From a virus (lineage: Duplodnaviria; Caudoviricetes), in the IMG/VR virus record IMGVR_UViG_3300012952_000009, positions 1-28,406 of that record: a DNA stretch of 28,406 bases. One strand, 5' to 3'. The position numbers were made by a program, and so were the translations under genes. The notes under the pieces were generated by a model that had not been told where the DNA came from, made no database searches, and was given only the letters and a program-made list of their open reading frames with translations. Below, piece by piece: positions 1-8,686 of this stretch; within the stretch, counting starts at the first letter, position 1, and each line of letters opens with the position of its first letter.

Positions 1-123
1 CGGCCATATGTAAAATGAAAATACTGGTAGCTTGTGAAGAAAGCCAAAGGGTTTGTATTTCGTTTCGGCAGGCTGGGTTTGATGCGTGGTCGTGTGACTT
101 GTTGGATCAATCAGGTGGTTATC
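1..123. repeat. Terminal direct repeat, copy 1 (circular assembly overlap)
   Basis: Bases 1-123 are identical to 28284-28406. The ORF ending at 28301 overlaps the ATG at 28298 (= position 15), so gene order is continuous across the join. Confidence 0.97.
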
Positions 124-701
124 CTGAATGGCATATTCGGGGAGATGCGATCAAGGAAGCATATTCCGGAAAGTACGATATGCTTATTGCATTCCCTCCA
201 TGTACCTACATATCAAAGGCCGGGGCGCTTAGAATGTTTCCCAATAGAAAGCTTGACCAAAAAAGATTTGGAAAAGCAATGGAGGCAAAAAAGTTTTTCC
301 TGGATTTGCTTCATTCTCCCATCAAACACATTGCGATAGAAAACCCAACACCACTAAAGATCGTAAAGATGCCAAACCATACACAAGCAATTCAGCCGTA
401 TCAGTTTGGCGATCCATTTACAAAAAGGACTTTGCTTTGGTTAAAAAATCTGCCATGTCTCAGACCAACAATTGTTATAGATGATTACAGGAAGTGGACT
501 AAACCTACACCATGGGTAAGAAGTTCGGCACATGGCGGATCGTACCAACCAGTAAATGTTCCTGTTGGGTGGAGAAACAATGGCAACAATAGAAGAACCG
601 AAAGATCAAAGACGTTTTGGGGAATTGCCCGCGCAATGTCATCGCAGTGGACACCTGAAAAAATCGCAGAAATGCCGGAACAAATCAAACTCTTTAAATG
701 A
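15..701 (+). CDS. Phage DNA cytosine (C5) methyltransferase-like protein
   Basis: ILVACEES start, WSCD motif, catalytic IAFPPCT, ENP motif, QPYQFG..KRT.LWL and RSKTF.GIA.AM..QW ending, typical of the short phage Dcm-like family. Confidence 0.85.
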   Translation: MKILVACEESQRVCISFRQAGFDAWSCDLLDQSGGYPEWHIRGDAIKEAYSGKYDMLIAFPPCTYISKAGALRMFPNRKLDQKRFGKAMEAKKFFLDLLHSPIKHIAIENPTPLKIVKMPNHTQAIQPYQFGDPFTKRTLLWLKNLPCLRPTIVIDDYRKWTKPTPWVRSSAHGGSYQPVNVPVGWRNNGNNRRTERSKTFWGIARAMSSQWTPEKIAEMPEQIKLFK

Positions 702-711
702 AAATATCTAT

Positions 712-813
712 GTGTGTATGGAATGCAATTTGTATATAGATTTGAGTACTGATATTGAAGACCCGCAATGTGAGATTTGTGGATCGACTCTTTACGCGGC
801 CAGCTCTACTTGA
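712..813 (+). CDS. Possible small zinc-ribbon peptide (start uncertain)
   Basis: 3' end of ORF 556..813 encodes CMEC-x14-CEICG. Only GTG 712 or ATG 718 are available as starts and there is no clear RBS. Confidence 0.35.
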   Translation: MCMECNLYIDLSTDIEDPQCEICGSTLYAASST

Positions 814-883
814 ATCTTGGTCTCTTGATACTGTCATAATTTGATGGTATCTTTGTTCGTGCCCCCTTTTTATGGTTGGATGA

Positions 884-1108
884 ATGCCCGATAGAAAAAC
901 CCTCAAAGCGTTCCACCAATATTCGAACCGTGCGCTTGCTGAATATCGGACGAAGACCATTAGGAAGAGCGGCACCGTTACAAGTTATGTCACGATACAA
1001 TTGAATGGTGAGATTGTTTCCTTGATTGATGCGCAAGCCAAAAAGGAAAAGACCAATATAAGCGATTGGATTATCCGCGCATGTCTCGAAAAACTGGATG
1101 AGAAATGA
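884..1108 (+). CDS. Ribbon-helix-helix-type DNA-binding protein
   Basis: VTIQLNGEIVSLIDAQAKKEKTNISDWIIRACLEKL fits the beta-strand/helix/helix pattern of CopG/Arc-type RHH proteins. Confidence 0.7.
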   Translation: MPDRKTLKAFHQYSNRALAEYRTKTIRKSGTVTSYVTIQLNGEIVSLIDAQAKKEKTNISDWIIRACLEKLDEK

Positions 1109-1212
1109 GTTTAACCGCTTGGCTGATGGTCTTTGTGGTCTTGATCATTGTTATCGACATACACAACATCATTAAAAAAAATAGGGAAGAACATAATGGA
1201 AAACGGAAATGA
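1105..1212 (+). CDS. 35-aa single-pass membrane microprotein
   Basis: ATGA overlap with the upstream stop. MSLTAWLMVFVVLIIVIDIHNIIKKNREEHNGKRK fills the gap before the methylase gene. Confidence 0.55.
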   Translation: MSLTAWLMVFVVLIIVIDIHNIIKKNREEHNGKRK

Positions 1213-2842
1213 GCCGGCCGCCTACATGGTGCCAATTACCGAATTAAACGAATGGGAAAAAAACCCGAGGATGAATCAAGCGGCTGTGGATAAGGTGGCA
1301 GCATCGATTCGGCGATTTGGGTTTGGCGCTCCGATTGTTGCAAGGAAAGAAGACCGTATGATTATTGCTGGTCATACGAGAATCAAAGCGGCAAGGACCA
1401 TCGAGGGAATGACACATGTACCGGTTCGATATCTTGACATTAGTATGAAAGAAGCCGAAGCCCTTGCACTGGCAGATAACAAGCTTGGCGAAATTGCTGT
1501 CTGGGAGGACAATATGCTGGCTTCTCTTCTTGCTGACTTGTCGGAGGAGGAGGCTGTTTCTCTTGGATTCAATGAGGAGGAATTGGAAGACCTTCTTGGT
1601 GACATCGATCAGTTGGGAAAGCCTGTCTTCGAGGATGATCTTGATGACCTTGATGACCTTGACAGAATACCAGAGGATGTGGAACCAAGGACCAACCCGG
1701 GGGATGTGGTTGAAATGGGAATTCATAAGCTCCATTGCAAGGACAATATCGAGGTCCTCAGGTCCATGCCTGATAATAGTATCGATTCCATTGTCACAGA
1801 TCCACCGTACGGGATTGACTTCATGAACAAGACCTGGGATTCATCCGTTCCCGGGAATGAATGGTCGGAGGAATGTCTTCGGGTTCTCAAGCCGGGCGGA
1901 CATATAATCTCCTTTGCCGCGACAAGAACAATTCATAAGCTTGTAACCAACCTGGAGAATGCAGGCTTTGAAGTAAGAGATACGATCAATTGGTTGTACT
2001 TCTCAGGCTTTCCGAAGAGTCTTGATTTGTCAAAGGCGATTGATAAACACTTTGGGGTTGAAAGAGAGGTGATTGGATTAGGACCACCTAAAAAAACCGT
2101 TTCTCATTGCATGAATAATTCCGGACAAAATAAACTTGGAGCACAAAAAAAATTCCTATCCGGACCAGCAACCAAAGAAGCAGAGGAAGCAGATGGTTGG
2201 GGAACAGCTTTGAAGCCTTCTTTCGAACCGGCTACACTTTGCCGGAAGCCATTGTCTGAGAAGAGCGTTTCTTTAAATTGGTTGAAGTGGAAGACGGGCG
2301 GGTTGAATATTAATGGTTGTCGGTTTAGTTATGGTGATCCTTGTTGGGTTGGGCCAAATGATGAAGTTGGGCCAAGATCGATCGGTGGTTATCAAGATCA
2401 ATATGTAGGCGGAAAAATAAAAAATCCTATCTCAACAAATGATCCCGGTGCAAGATGGCCCGCCAACATCTACCAATGCCCAAAAGCATCCAGAGGAGAA
2501 AGGGAGGAGGGTTGCGAGGATATGCAAAAGACAAAAGGGGCAGCAATTCAACATCACGGTGAGAACTCAAAAGGATTAAACAGCCCAAGGGCAGGAGCAG
2601 GAAGAACAGCTTCCGAAGTTGCAAACATACACCCAACCGTCAAACCCATCAAACTTATGCGATGGCTCGTTCGCTTGGTGACTCCTCCCGGGGGAACGGT
2701 GCTGGATACTTTCCTGGGTTCTGGAACAACCATGATCGCAGCTGAGAAGGAAGGCATTCGATGCATCGGAATCGAGAGGGAACCAAAGTACTGCGATATA
2801 ATCCGGGCGAGAGTTGAATCAGCGATAGGAGACAAGCCATGA
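1196..2842 (+). CDS. ParB-like N-terminal domain fused to N4/N6 DNA methyltransferase
   Basis: KNPR..SIRRFGFGAPIV..IIAGHTR..LADNKL (ParBc) followed by TDPPYG, HPTVKP and VLDTFLGSGTT (beta-class amino-MTase). Start moved to ATG 1196 behind AGGGAAG. Confidence 0.92.
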   Translation: MENGNEPAAYMVPITELNEWEKNPRMNQAAVDKVAASIRRFGFGAPIVARKEDRMIIAGHTRIKAARTIEGMTHVPVRYLDISMKEAEALALADNKLGEIAVWEDNMLASLLADLSEEEAVSLGFNEEELEDLLGDIDQLGKPVFEDDLDDLDDLDRIPEDVEPRTNPGDVVEMGIHKLHCKDNIEVLRSMPDNSIDSIVTDPPYGIDFMNKTWDSSVPGNEWSEECLRVLKPGGHIISFAATRTIHKLVTNLENAGFEVRDTINWLYFSGFPKSLDLSKAIDKHFGVEREVIGLGPPKKTVSHCMNNSGQNKLGAQKKFLSGPATKEAEEADGWGTALKPSFEPATLCRKPLSEKSVSLNWLKWKTGGLNINGCRFSYGDPCWVGPNDEVGPRSIGGYQDQYVGGKIKNPISTNDPGARWPANIYQCPKASRGEREEGCEDMQKTKGAAIQHHGENSKGLNSPRAGAGRTASEVANIHPTVKPIKLMRWLVRLVTPPGGTVLDTFLGSGTTMIAAEKEGIRCIGIEREPKYCDIIRARVESAIGDKP

Positions 2843-3279
2843 CAGTAAAGAAGGGAAGACCAACCAAGTTCACACCTGAACGGATAGACAGTATCTGTCA
2901 ATCGGTGAAGCTCGGACTATCCAGGAAGGACACGGCGAAACGAGCGGGGATCGATATCAGTACCTTGATGGCTTGGCTTGCAAAGGGGAAAAGAGGGGTA
3001 GAGCCATTTGTCGCCTTTGTCGAGAGGGTAAAGAAAGCAGAGGGTGATGGGATCGCCTTTCATATTGCTAACATTACATCGCATGCCAAGAATGGTAACT
3101 GGCAATGTTCCGCTTGGCTGCTGGAAAGATGTTGGGGCTATACCCGAACCGATGCCGGCAAAGAGGAATTTGAGGAGGTGATCGATGTGGAGGAGGTCGA
3201 TGTAAAGGAGCTACTTCTGCAGATCAAGAAGCAGAACCAGGAATTAAAGCCATACATGGAACCCGAGATTGAGGAATGA
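2839..3279 (+). CDS. terS: Terminase small subunit
   Basis: GRPTKFTPE N-terminus, HTH-like segment, NWQCSAWLLER motif, and position upstream of TerL. Confidence 0.8.
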   Translation: MTVKKGRPTKFTPERIDSICQSVKLGLSRKDTAKRAGIDISTLMAWLAKGKRGVEPFVAFVERVKKAEGDGIAFHIANITSHAKNGNWQCSAWLLERCWGYTRTDAGKEEFEEVIDVEEVDVKELLLQIKKQNQELKPYMEPEIEE

Positions 3280-3377
3280 TTGTTTGTCTTGTCCTATGTC
3301 TGCTGTTTCTTGTTCTTTGCTTTTGCGTGGCCGGATATGCAATGTACAGAATAGAACAGGATGAGTATGAAGATTAG
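3276..3377 (+). CDS. 33-aa single-pass membrane microprotein
   Basis: ATGA overlap with the terS stop. MIVCLVLCLLFLVLCFCVAGYAMYRIEQDEYED fills the terS-terL gap. Confidence 0.55.
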   Translation: MIVCLVLCLLFLVLCFCVAGYAMYRIEQDEYED

Positions 3378-3386
3378 ATTATCATT

Positions 3387-4868
3387 ATGATGGATCTACA
3401 TTCCTACATCCAGACCCAAAAGAAATTGGTCGCCATACAGAAAGGCTATCCGCTTGCACTTGCGAAGTTATGGGTTCCTCATTGTCATCGATTTGATGGG
3501 CTTGGTGAGAAAAGCCCGCGCCCGGTTGGTTGCCGTAAACCCATGACCAAGAAAGCCCCGGGGCTCTATCATTGTTCCACGTGCAACATTACGGAGAAAA
3601 GGACATCTCAGAAAGAGGCGATGGTTTTCACGAAAGGCAGAACCGCAACGGCTTTATTCGGGGGAAACAGATCAGGCAAGACACAGGCCGGGGCCATGTT
3701 GGCGGTAGCCGTAGCGGCCGGCCGCGGTGAATGGTGGGTCAGGCAATGGCTTCGACTTAATGATCTACCAAATAGCACCGTTCCAAATGTCAAACCCTCG
3801 ACAGTGATCGCAAGCGCTTTGTCATACGGTGACGCGATAGCCTATATTCGCCCGAAGCTTGATCTGTATCTTCCAACCGGAACGAGACGGATAAGATGGA
3901 ATTCACAGGACCGGGCAACTGCCCATCTTCCAAATGGTGGCAAGATCTATTCCATGTCAGCGGACTCAGGTCGGGAGAAATACCAGGGCCAGAGTTGCGA
4001 ATTAATTTGGCTGGACGAAGAACACCCATATCCTATATTTGAAGAAGCCCAAATGCGTACCATCGACTCCGGAATATCGAACGGCGTTATTCTTACGATG
4101 ACTCCGCTCCTCGGGTTTACCTGGCCTGCCGATTTGTTTATCCAGAACCCGAACAATGATTCCTCTTTGGTCTATCACCAAATAACCGGACTTGATAACC
4201 CATACATTTCATCGGCTAAGATGATGAAAACGGTCGGCCACATGTCCGACGAATCAAAAGCATCCAGAATATTCGGACATTTCACCAATCAGGCCGGTCT
4301 TGTATATCCCGAGTTTGATCGCAATATACATATCGTTGATGACATTGACATATCGAACCGGGATTCCTGGGATGTATTTCTGACCATCGACTTCGGGGTC
4401 GTGAACCCGTTCGCCTGTCTTGCCGTGGCCTATCACGCAAAGACCGATCGACTTGTGGTTTTTGATGAGTACTTTGCCACGGAAAAAACAACCCTCCAAA
4501 ATGGGCATGCCATAAATGCGCTTTTCCAAAGATATAAACCGTTCGACCATGTAATTTGTGATCCGGAAAACAAGGACGGGCGGATGCTTCTTGCTCGGCA
4601 ATGTAATCTCCATAACCACGCGGCACCAAAACATCTTGGGGTATCTCAAACGATCAACATGGTAAAAGAAAGGCTTGCTCTTGATGCTGAGGGAAAACCA
4701 AGGTTGTATGTTTTCAAAAAATGCAAGAACCTACTACTCGAGTTCAGAAAATACCGATGGGCAAAAACAACGACGGGCAAGGACAAACCAGTGAAGAGGG
4801 ATGATCACGGCTTGGACGCGCTTAGATATTTGGTGTGCTGGCTTGCGCGTTATAGAATGCACCTGTAA
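3387..4868 (+). CDS. terL: Terminase large subunit
   Basis: Walker A GGNRSGKT, Walker B IWLDEE, TMTP coupling motif, nuclease motifs IDFG..NP, ICDP and DDHGLDALRY. Confidence 0.95.
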   Translation: MMDLHSYIQTQKKLVAIQKGYPLALAKLWVPHCHRFDGLGEKSPRPVGCRKPMTKKAPGLYHCSTCNITEKRTSQKEAMVFTKGRTATALFGGNRSGKTQAGAMLAVAVAAGRGEWWVRQWLRLNDLPNSTVPNVKPSTVIASALSYGDAIAYIRPKLDLYLPTGTRRIRWNSQDRATAHLPNGGKIYSMSADSGREKYQGQSCELIWLDEEHPYPIFEEAQMRTIDSGISNGVILTMTPLLGFTWPADLFIQNPNNDSSLVYHQITGLDNPYISSAKMMKTVGHMSDESKASRIFGHFTNQAGLVYPEFDRNIHIVDDIDISNRDSWDVFLTIDFGVVNPFACLAVAYHAKTDRLVVFDEYFATEKTTLQNGHAINALFQRYKPFDHVICDPENKDGRMLLARQCNLHNHAAPKHLGVSQTINMVKERLALDAEGKPRLYVFKKCKNLLLEFRKYRWAKTTTGKDKPVKRDDHGLDALRYLVCWLARYRMHL

Positions 4869-4905
4869 TTATCTTGTGCTATATTGACGGAAAAGAGGTG
4901 TCAAA

Positions 4906-5253
4906 ATGGAAGAGTCGATTTTTAAATATCTCCTTGATTATGGATCTCTTGGAATAACCGCCGGGCTTTTGTTTTGGCTGTATCTTCATTCCATGAAGCA
5001 GGTTAAAGAAATCCGAGCCCAGTCTCGGGAAGATCTTGAAATGCTACGGGATCGGTATGAATTGGTTATTGGAAAATACGATCAAGACAAAGAGCTTTTC
5101 TTTGATGAGCGCCAACGGATGCACAATCAGATCGTTATGAAGATAGAAAGTATTGAGAAGACAATCGACAAGCAGGAAAAATCAATCGAGTCCATCAAAG
5201 ACAAATTGGATCAGATCTTAATCCTTCGAGATCGTCAAAGCATGATAGGATAG
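4906..5253 (+). CDS. Holin-like membrane protein (BhlA/UviB-like architecture)
   Basis: N-terminal TM (YGSLGITAGLLFWLYL) followed by a charged coiled coil; RBS GAGGTG. Confidence 0.55.
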   Translation: MEESIFKYLLDYGSLGITAGLLFWLYLHSMKQVKEIRAQSREDLEMLRDRYELVIGKYDQDKELFFDERQRMHNQIVMKIESIEKTIDKQEKSIESIKDKLDQILILRDRQSMIG

Positions 5254-5257
5254 CACC

Positions 5258-7393
5258 ATGGGAATATTTGACAGCTTCTATTCGATATTCAAGACACGAC
5301 AGGCCAAGATCGAGGAAAAGCCCACCAAGGAAAATCATGGCTCTTCATGGTTGAACCCAAACGGAGTACGGAATCCATACCGCGCGCTTACCGCTCTCGA
5401 AGCGTATGGAAATCACGGTTATCTATATGCTGCAATCAATCGGGCAACTGAGGACCTTTCTGCTCTTGACTTGAGACTATACAGGGGGAAGGGAAGAGAT
5501 GCCCAGGAGATATTTGAGCATCCGTTTCTTGATCTGATTGAACAGCCAAGTACAGCAATTGACGGTTTCCTTTTCCGGGAACAGATTACTCTCGATCTTG
5601 TGCTCTCGGGTTCCTGCTATGTACTTCTCCTTGGACCTGAGATTCCTGTATCAATGGTCAGGCTTCATCCGGACGAAGTGCGCGTCATTACAAATGAGAT
5701 GGGTCTTGTTGGATACGAGCACACCAGCAATGGACAGGCAGTGATCTATCCACCCGATCGAATACTCACCGCGAGAAATGCAAGCTATTCTACTGGACCC
5801 AAATCTTTGTATGGTACTGGAAGCGTAGAACCATTGGCGCGGGAATTGAATGCCGATCTAAACGCTCAGAACCTGGCAAGCCAATCAAGTAGCCAGGGGC
5901 ATCCGGATGTTTTGATCTCACCCAAGGACATTACTGACATATGGCCCGAAGAGACGAGAAGGAATATCTCCGATCGATACAACAAGCTTGCAAAGGCCGG
6001 GGGCGCTATGGTCTTATCCGGAGCGTCAGAAATCAAGCCTCTCAACTTATCCCCGAAAGATATGGAATTCGCCACGGTTCGAAAGACAGCCATGGAGGTT
6101 ATTTCGGCATGCATCGGAACCCCTCCAAGCGTTCTTGGTTTGCCGGCCGCAAATTACGCAACTTCCCGACAACAGGCGATCAACTATTGGCAGGTACAGC
6201 AGAAGAGAGCAAGACGAATCGATATCATGCTGACCAAGCTTGCCCGACTTTGGGATCGGAATCTATATGTAAAGCATGACTTCGGTACGGTTCACGAATT
6301 GCAGGATATCCGGAAAAGCCAATTAGAACGGATTCAAATGCATATAATGAACGGCATGTCACCCGAAGCGGCATATGAATACGAAGGGCTTGGCAACGCG
6401 CCAATCTCTTCCGATGCCCAACCAGACGAACCAGACTTTGAGGTCATCGACCAAGGCGCGGAACAAACCATCGTCCGATTATTCGAGAACACTTTGCCGG
6501 CCAGCTCTCCACAAGACCAGCAAGACCCGGAACAGAAAGCGGCAATGTACCGCCGGCGATATTGGGATGATTACTACCAAAAAAGATACATTCCGGCACA
6601 TAAGAAGATGCGGCTCATTTGGGCGCGCTATTTGAGATCGGCAAGAAAGAGATATATCGCTCGAGCCGAAAGACTATTGAAAGAGGAAGTCGGGAAGTCC
6701 GTAGTCAAAGGCTACATAGTTAAGGAAGGGGAATCGTTCGTGGTCGTTGATGATTGGTCAGCACTCGAAGCGGAAAAGGCCGAGATCCGACATATTGAAA
6801 AATTGGTATGGGATACCTATAGAAAACTTTATACGGTTATTGGGCAGGATGAATTGGACAAGGTGATGAATGGAGCGGGTAGAGATACCGAAGAATTTAG
6901 AATCATAGATGTACAAATCGAAAAGGGCTTTATAACAAACGCGGCATCCTGGGTTAGAAAGAACGTGTACAAGGTAGCCAAGGAAGTAGCGAACACCACA
7001 ATGCGGTTCATCAGAAAATTAATCAATCGCGGCCGGGAAGAGGGAACAGCAAAAGAAGATATTATATCGCAAATTCGACGGGCCCCGGTTTTTGATACAG
7101 GAAGATTGGATAACATAGCCAGAACCGAAACAACGAGAACGATAAACGGCGCTATAGATTCGGCATACATCCAAGCCGAGGATCTTGGAGTCAAGATCAA
7201 GAAGGTATGGATCACGGAAAACGATGACCGCGTGCGGGAATCCCATGTCGAATTGGATGGTCAGACGATAGCGGTTTCCGGTGAGTTCGTAACAGGGAAC
7301 GGCTCTACTACATTTAGGCCGGGCGAATTTGGTATCGCCGAGGAAGATTGCAATTGTAGATGCGTTCTTGGCTATGTAGAAATCAAGGAATAG
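5258..7393 (+). CDS. Portal protein fused to a Mu gpF / SPP1 gp7-like minor head domain
   Basis: N-terminal HK97-type portal motifs (HPFLDL..P, GSCY, LHPDEV, LSPKDMEF, IGTPPSVLG..NYA). C-terminal IARTE..KKVWIT.ND.RVR.SH..LDGQ..NCRC. Confidence 0.9.
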   Translation: MGIFDSFYSIFKTRQAKIEEKPTKENHGSSWLNPNGVRNPYRALTALEAYGNHGYLYAAINRATEDLSALDLRLYRGKGRDAQEIFEHPFLDLIEQPSTAIDGFLFREQITLDLVLSGSCYVLLLGPEIPVSMVRLHPDEVRVITNEMGLVGYEHTSNGQAVIYPPDRILTARNASYSTGPKSLYGTGSVEPLARELNADLNAQNLASQSSSQGHPDVLISPKDITDIWPEETRRNISDRYNKLAKAGGAMVLSGASEIKPLNLSPKDMEFATVRKTAMEVISACIGTPPSVLGLPAANYATSRQQAINYWQVQQKRARRIDIMLTKLARLWDRNLYVKHDFGTVHELQDIRKSQLERIQMHIMNGMSPEAAYEYEGLGNAPISSDAQPDEPDFEVIDQGAEQTIVRLFENTLPASSPQDQQDPEQKAAMYRRRYWDDYYQKRYIPAHKKMRLIWARYLRSARKRYIARAERLLKEEVGKSVVKGYIVKEGESFVVVDDWSALEAEKAEIRHIEKLVWDTYRKLYTVIGQDELDKVMNGAGRDTEEFRIIDVQIEKGFITNAASWVRKNVYKVAKEVANTTMRFIRKLINRGREEGTAKEDIISQIRRAPVFDTGRLDNIARTETTRTINGAIDSAYIQAEDLGVKIKKVWITENDDRVRESHVELDGQTIAVSGEFVTGNGSTTFRPGEFGIAEEDCNCRCVLGYVEIKE

Positions 7394-7446
7394 TAATACA
7401 ATAATTTTAATTATATTATTATTAAATCTGCCTATTCTTGTAATTA

Positions 7447-7475
7447 TTGCAATCGCTTGTTTTCTGGTTTATACT
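7447..7475 (+). promoter_or_regulatory. Sigma70-type promoter for the capsid operon
   Basis: TTGCAA-17 bp-TATACT in an AT-rich gap, followed by GAGGTG RBS and ATG 7493. Confidence 0.65.
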
Positions 7476-7492
7476 CTTCTCGAGAGGTGTAC

Positions 7493-8671
7493 ATGCTGAG
7501 AAGAAATCTATTGGTTGAAAAGGTGGCAAGCCCGGAACAGAAAGACGGGAAAATATCCATGTCCTTTATTGCTTCGACTTCGGCGGTTGACAGATACGGG
7601 GATGTTATAGACCAGAACGGTTGGTCTCTGGAATCGTACAAATCCAATAACATCGTCCTTTTCAATCATGACGCAACTGAGCTTCCAATCGGAAAGGGTT
7701 TGGTTGAAGTAGTCGATGGGAACCTGATGATCGATATCGATTTCGACATGAAGGACCCCCGCGCTGCTGAGATTGGAAGAAAGACCAAGGATGGTTTTCT
7801 TAATGCCGTATCGGTTGGATTCAATCCTATCGAGTCGGTAAAGAGAAGCGATCTACCCGATGACCATTTTGCGAAGGGTGCCGATGGGATGTTCTTTCTA
7901 AAGTCGGAGCTTCTTGAGGTCTCTGTGGTAACCATTCCGGCAAACTCAGAAGCTGTTGCCGCTAAACAGTTGGCGAGCTCAGCAGAAGAACGGGTCTTCC
8001 GGAGAATAGCAAAACACATCCTGGATATCATCGAAGAGGAAGAGCGGTTCGTCGTGTACTATGCGAAGGAATCCAAGGAAGAAGATGAGGTCATCGAAGA
8101 GGATGAAGAGGAATTAGAAGAGGAGTTTGAAGAGGAATACTACGATCATGATTCCGAAGACGAAGAAGACAAAGAAAAGAGTTTGACCTATCGAAGTACG
8201 AATTTTCCTAAGGCAGGAGATGATTTAGAGGTTGATCTTGATAATAGCGGGTACAGCATTTTTCCAATTGCTTATGCGGAAAATATTAAGTTGAAGTATC
8301 CAACTATTTGGGCCAAAGGTGGAAACATTCTTGGAAATAAACAGTATTCTCTTTTGCGGCGTATTTTAAAAAATAACGGCAAGCCAAAAACCGACAATCA
8401 AGAAAAGGCGATTCGTTTGCGAGAATCATGGGCAGCAAGACATTTAAAAGATTTTCGTTTGGCTGGTGTCGTTGCACAAATGAAGTGGCTCGTAATTGGT
8501 AGTCGAGGAATTAGCCACATGAAAGAAATAATTGATACAGAAATTAATAAAATAGAAGAAGAGAAATACCTTAAAACTTTACTTGGCGAAAAGCCAAACC
8601 AACCAGCCGCCGAGAAGGACGAAATCAAAAGCCTGTCTTATCTCATCGGCTTAATGAAAACAGACAAATAA
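7493..8671 (+). CDS. HK97-type prohead protease with acidic linker and extra C-terminal domain
   Basis: VDRYGDVI, VLFNHD..LPIGK, AVSVGF and LLEVSVVTIPAN motifs; ATG 7493 with GAGGTG RBS. Confidence 0.9.
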   Translation: MLRRNLLVEKVASPEQKDGKISMSFIASTSAVDRYGDVIDQNGWSLESYKSNNIVLFNHDATELPIGKGLVEVVDGNLMIDIDFDMKDPRAAEIGRKTKDGFLNAVSVGFNPIESVKRSDLPDDHFAKGADGMFFLKSELLEVSVVTIPANSEAVAAKQLASSAEERVFRRIAKHILDIIEEEERFVVYYAKESKEEDEVIEEDEEELEEEFEEEYYDHDSEDEEDKEKSLTYRSTNFPKAGDDLEVDLDNSGYSIFPIAYAENIKLKYPTIWAKGGNILGNKQYSLLRRILKNNGKPKTDNQEKAIRLRESWAARHLKDFRLAGVVAQMKWLVIGSRGISHMKEIIDTEINKIEEEKYLKTLLGEKPNQPAAEKDEIKSLSYLIGLMKTDK

Positions 8672-8686
8672 CAAATTGGAGTAAAC

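Noticed and set aside
1634-1663. 9-bp tandem repeat GATGA(T/C)CTT x3
   Set aside because: In-frame DDL repeat in an acidic linker; ordinary low complexity.
3375-3389. Stop-codon recoding suggested by the in-frame TAG before terL
   Set aside because: Genes are intact under code 11 and TAG ends other genes normally (5253, 7393).
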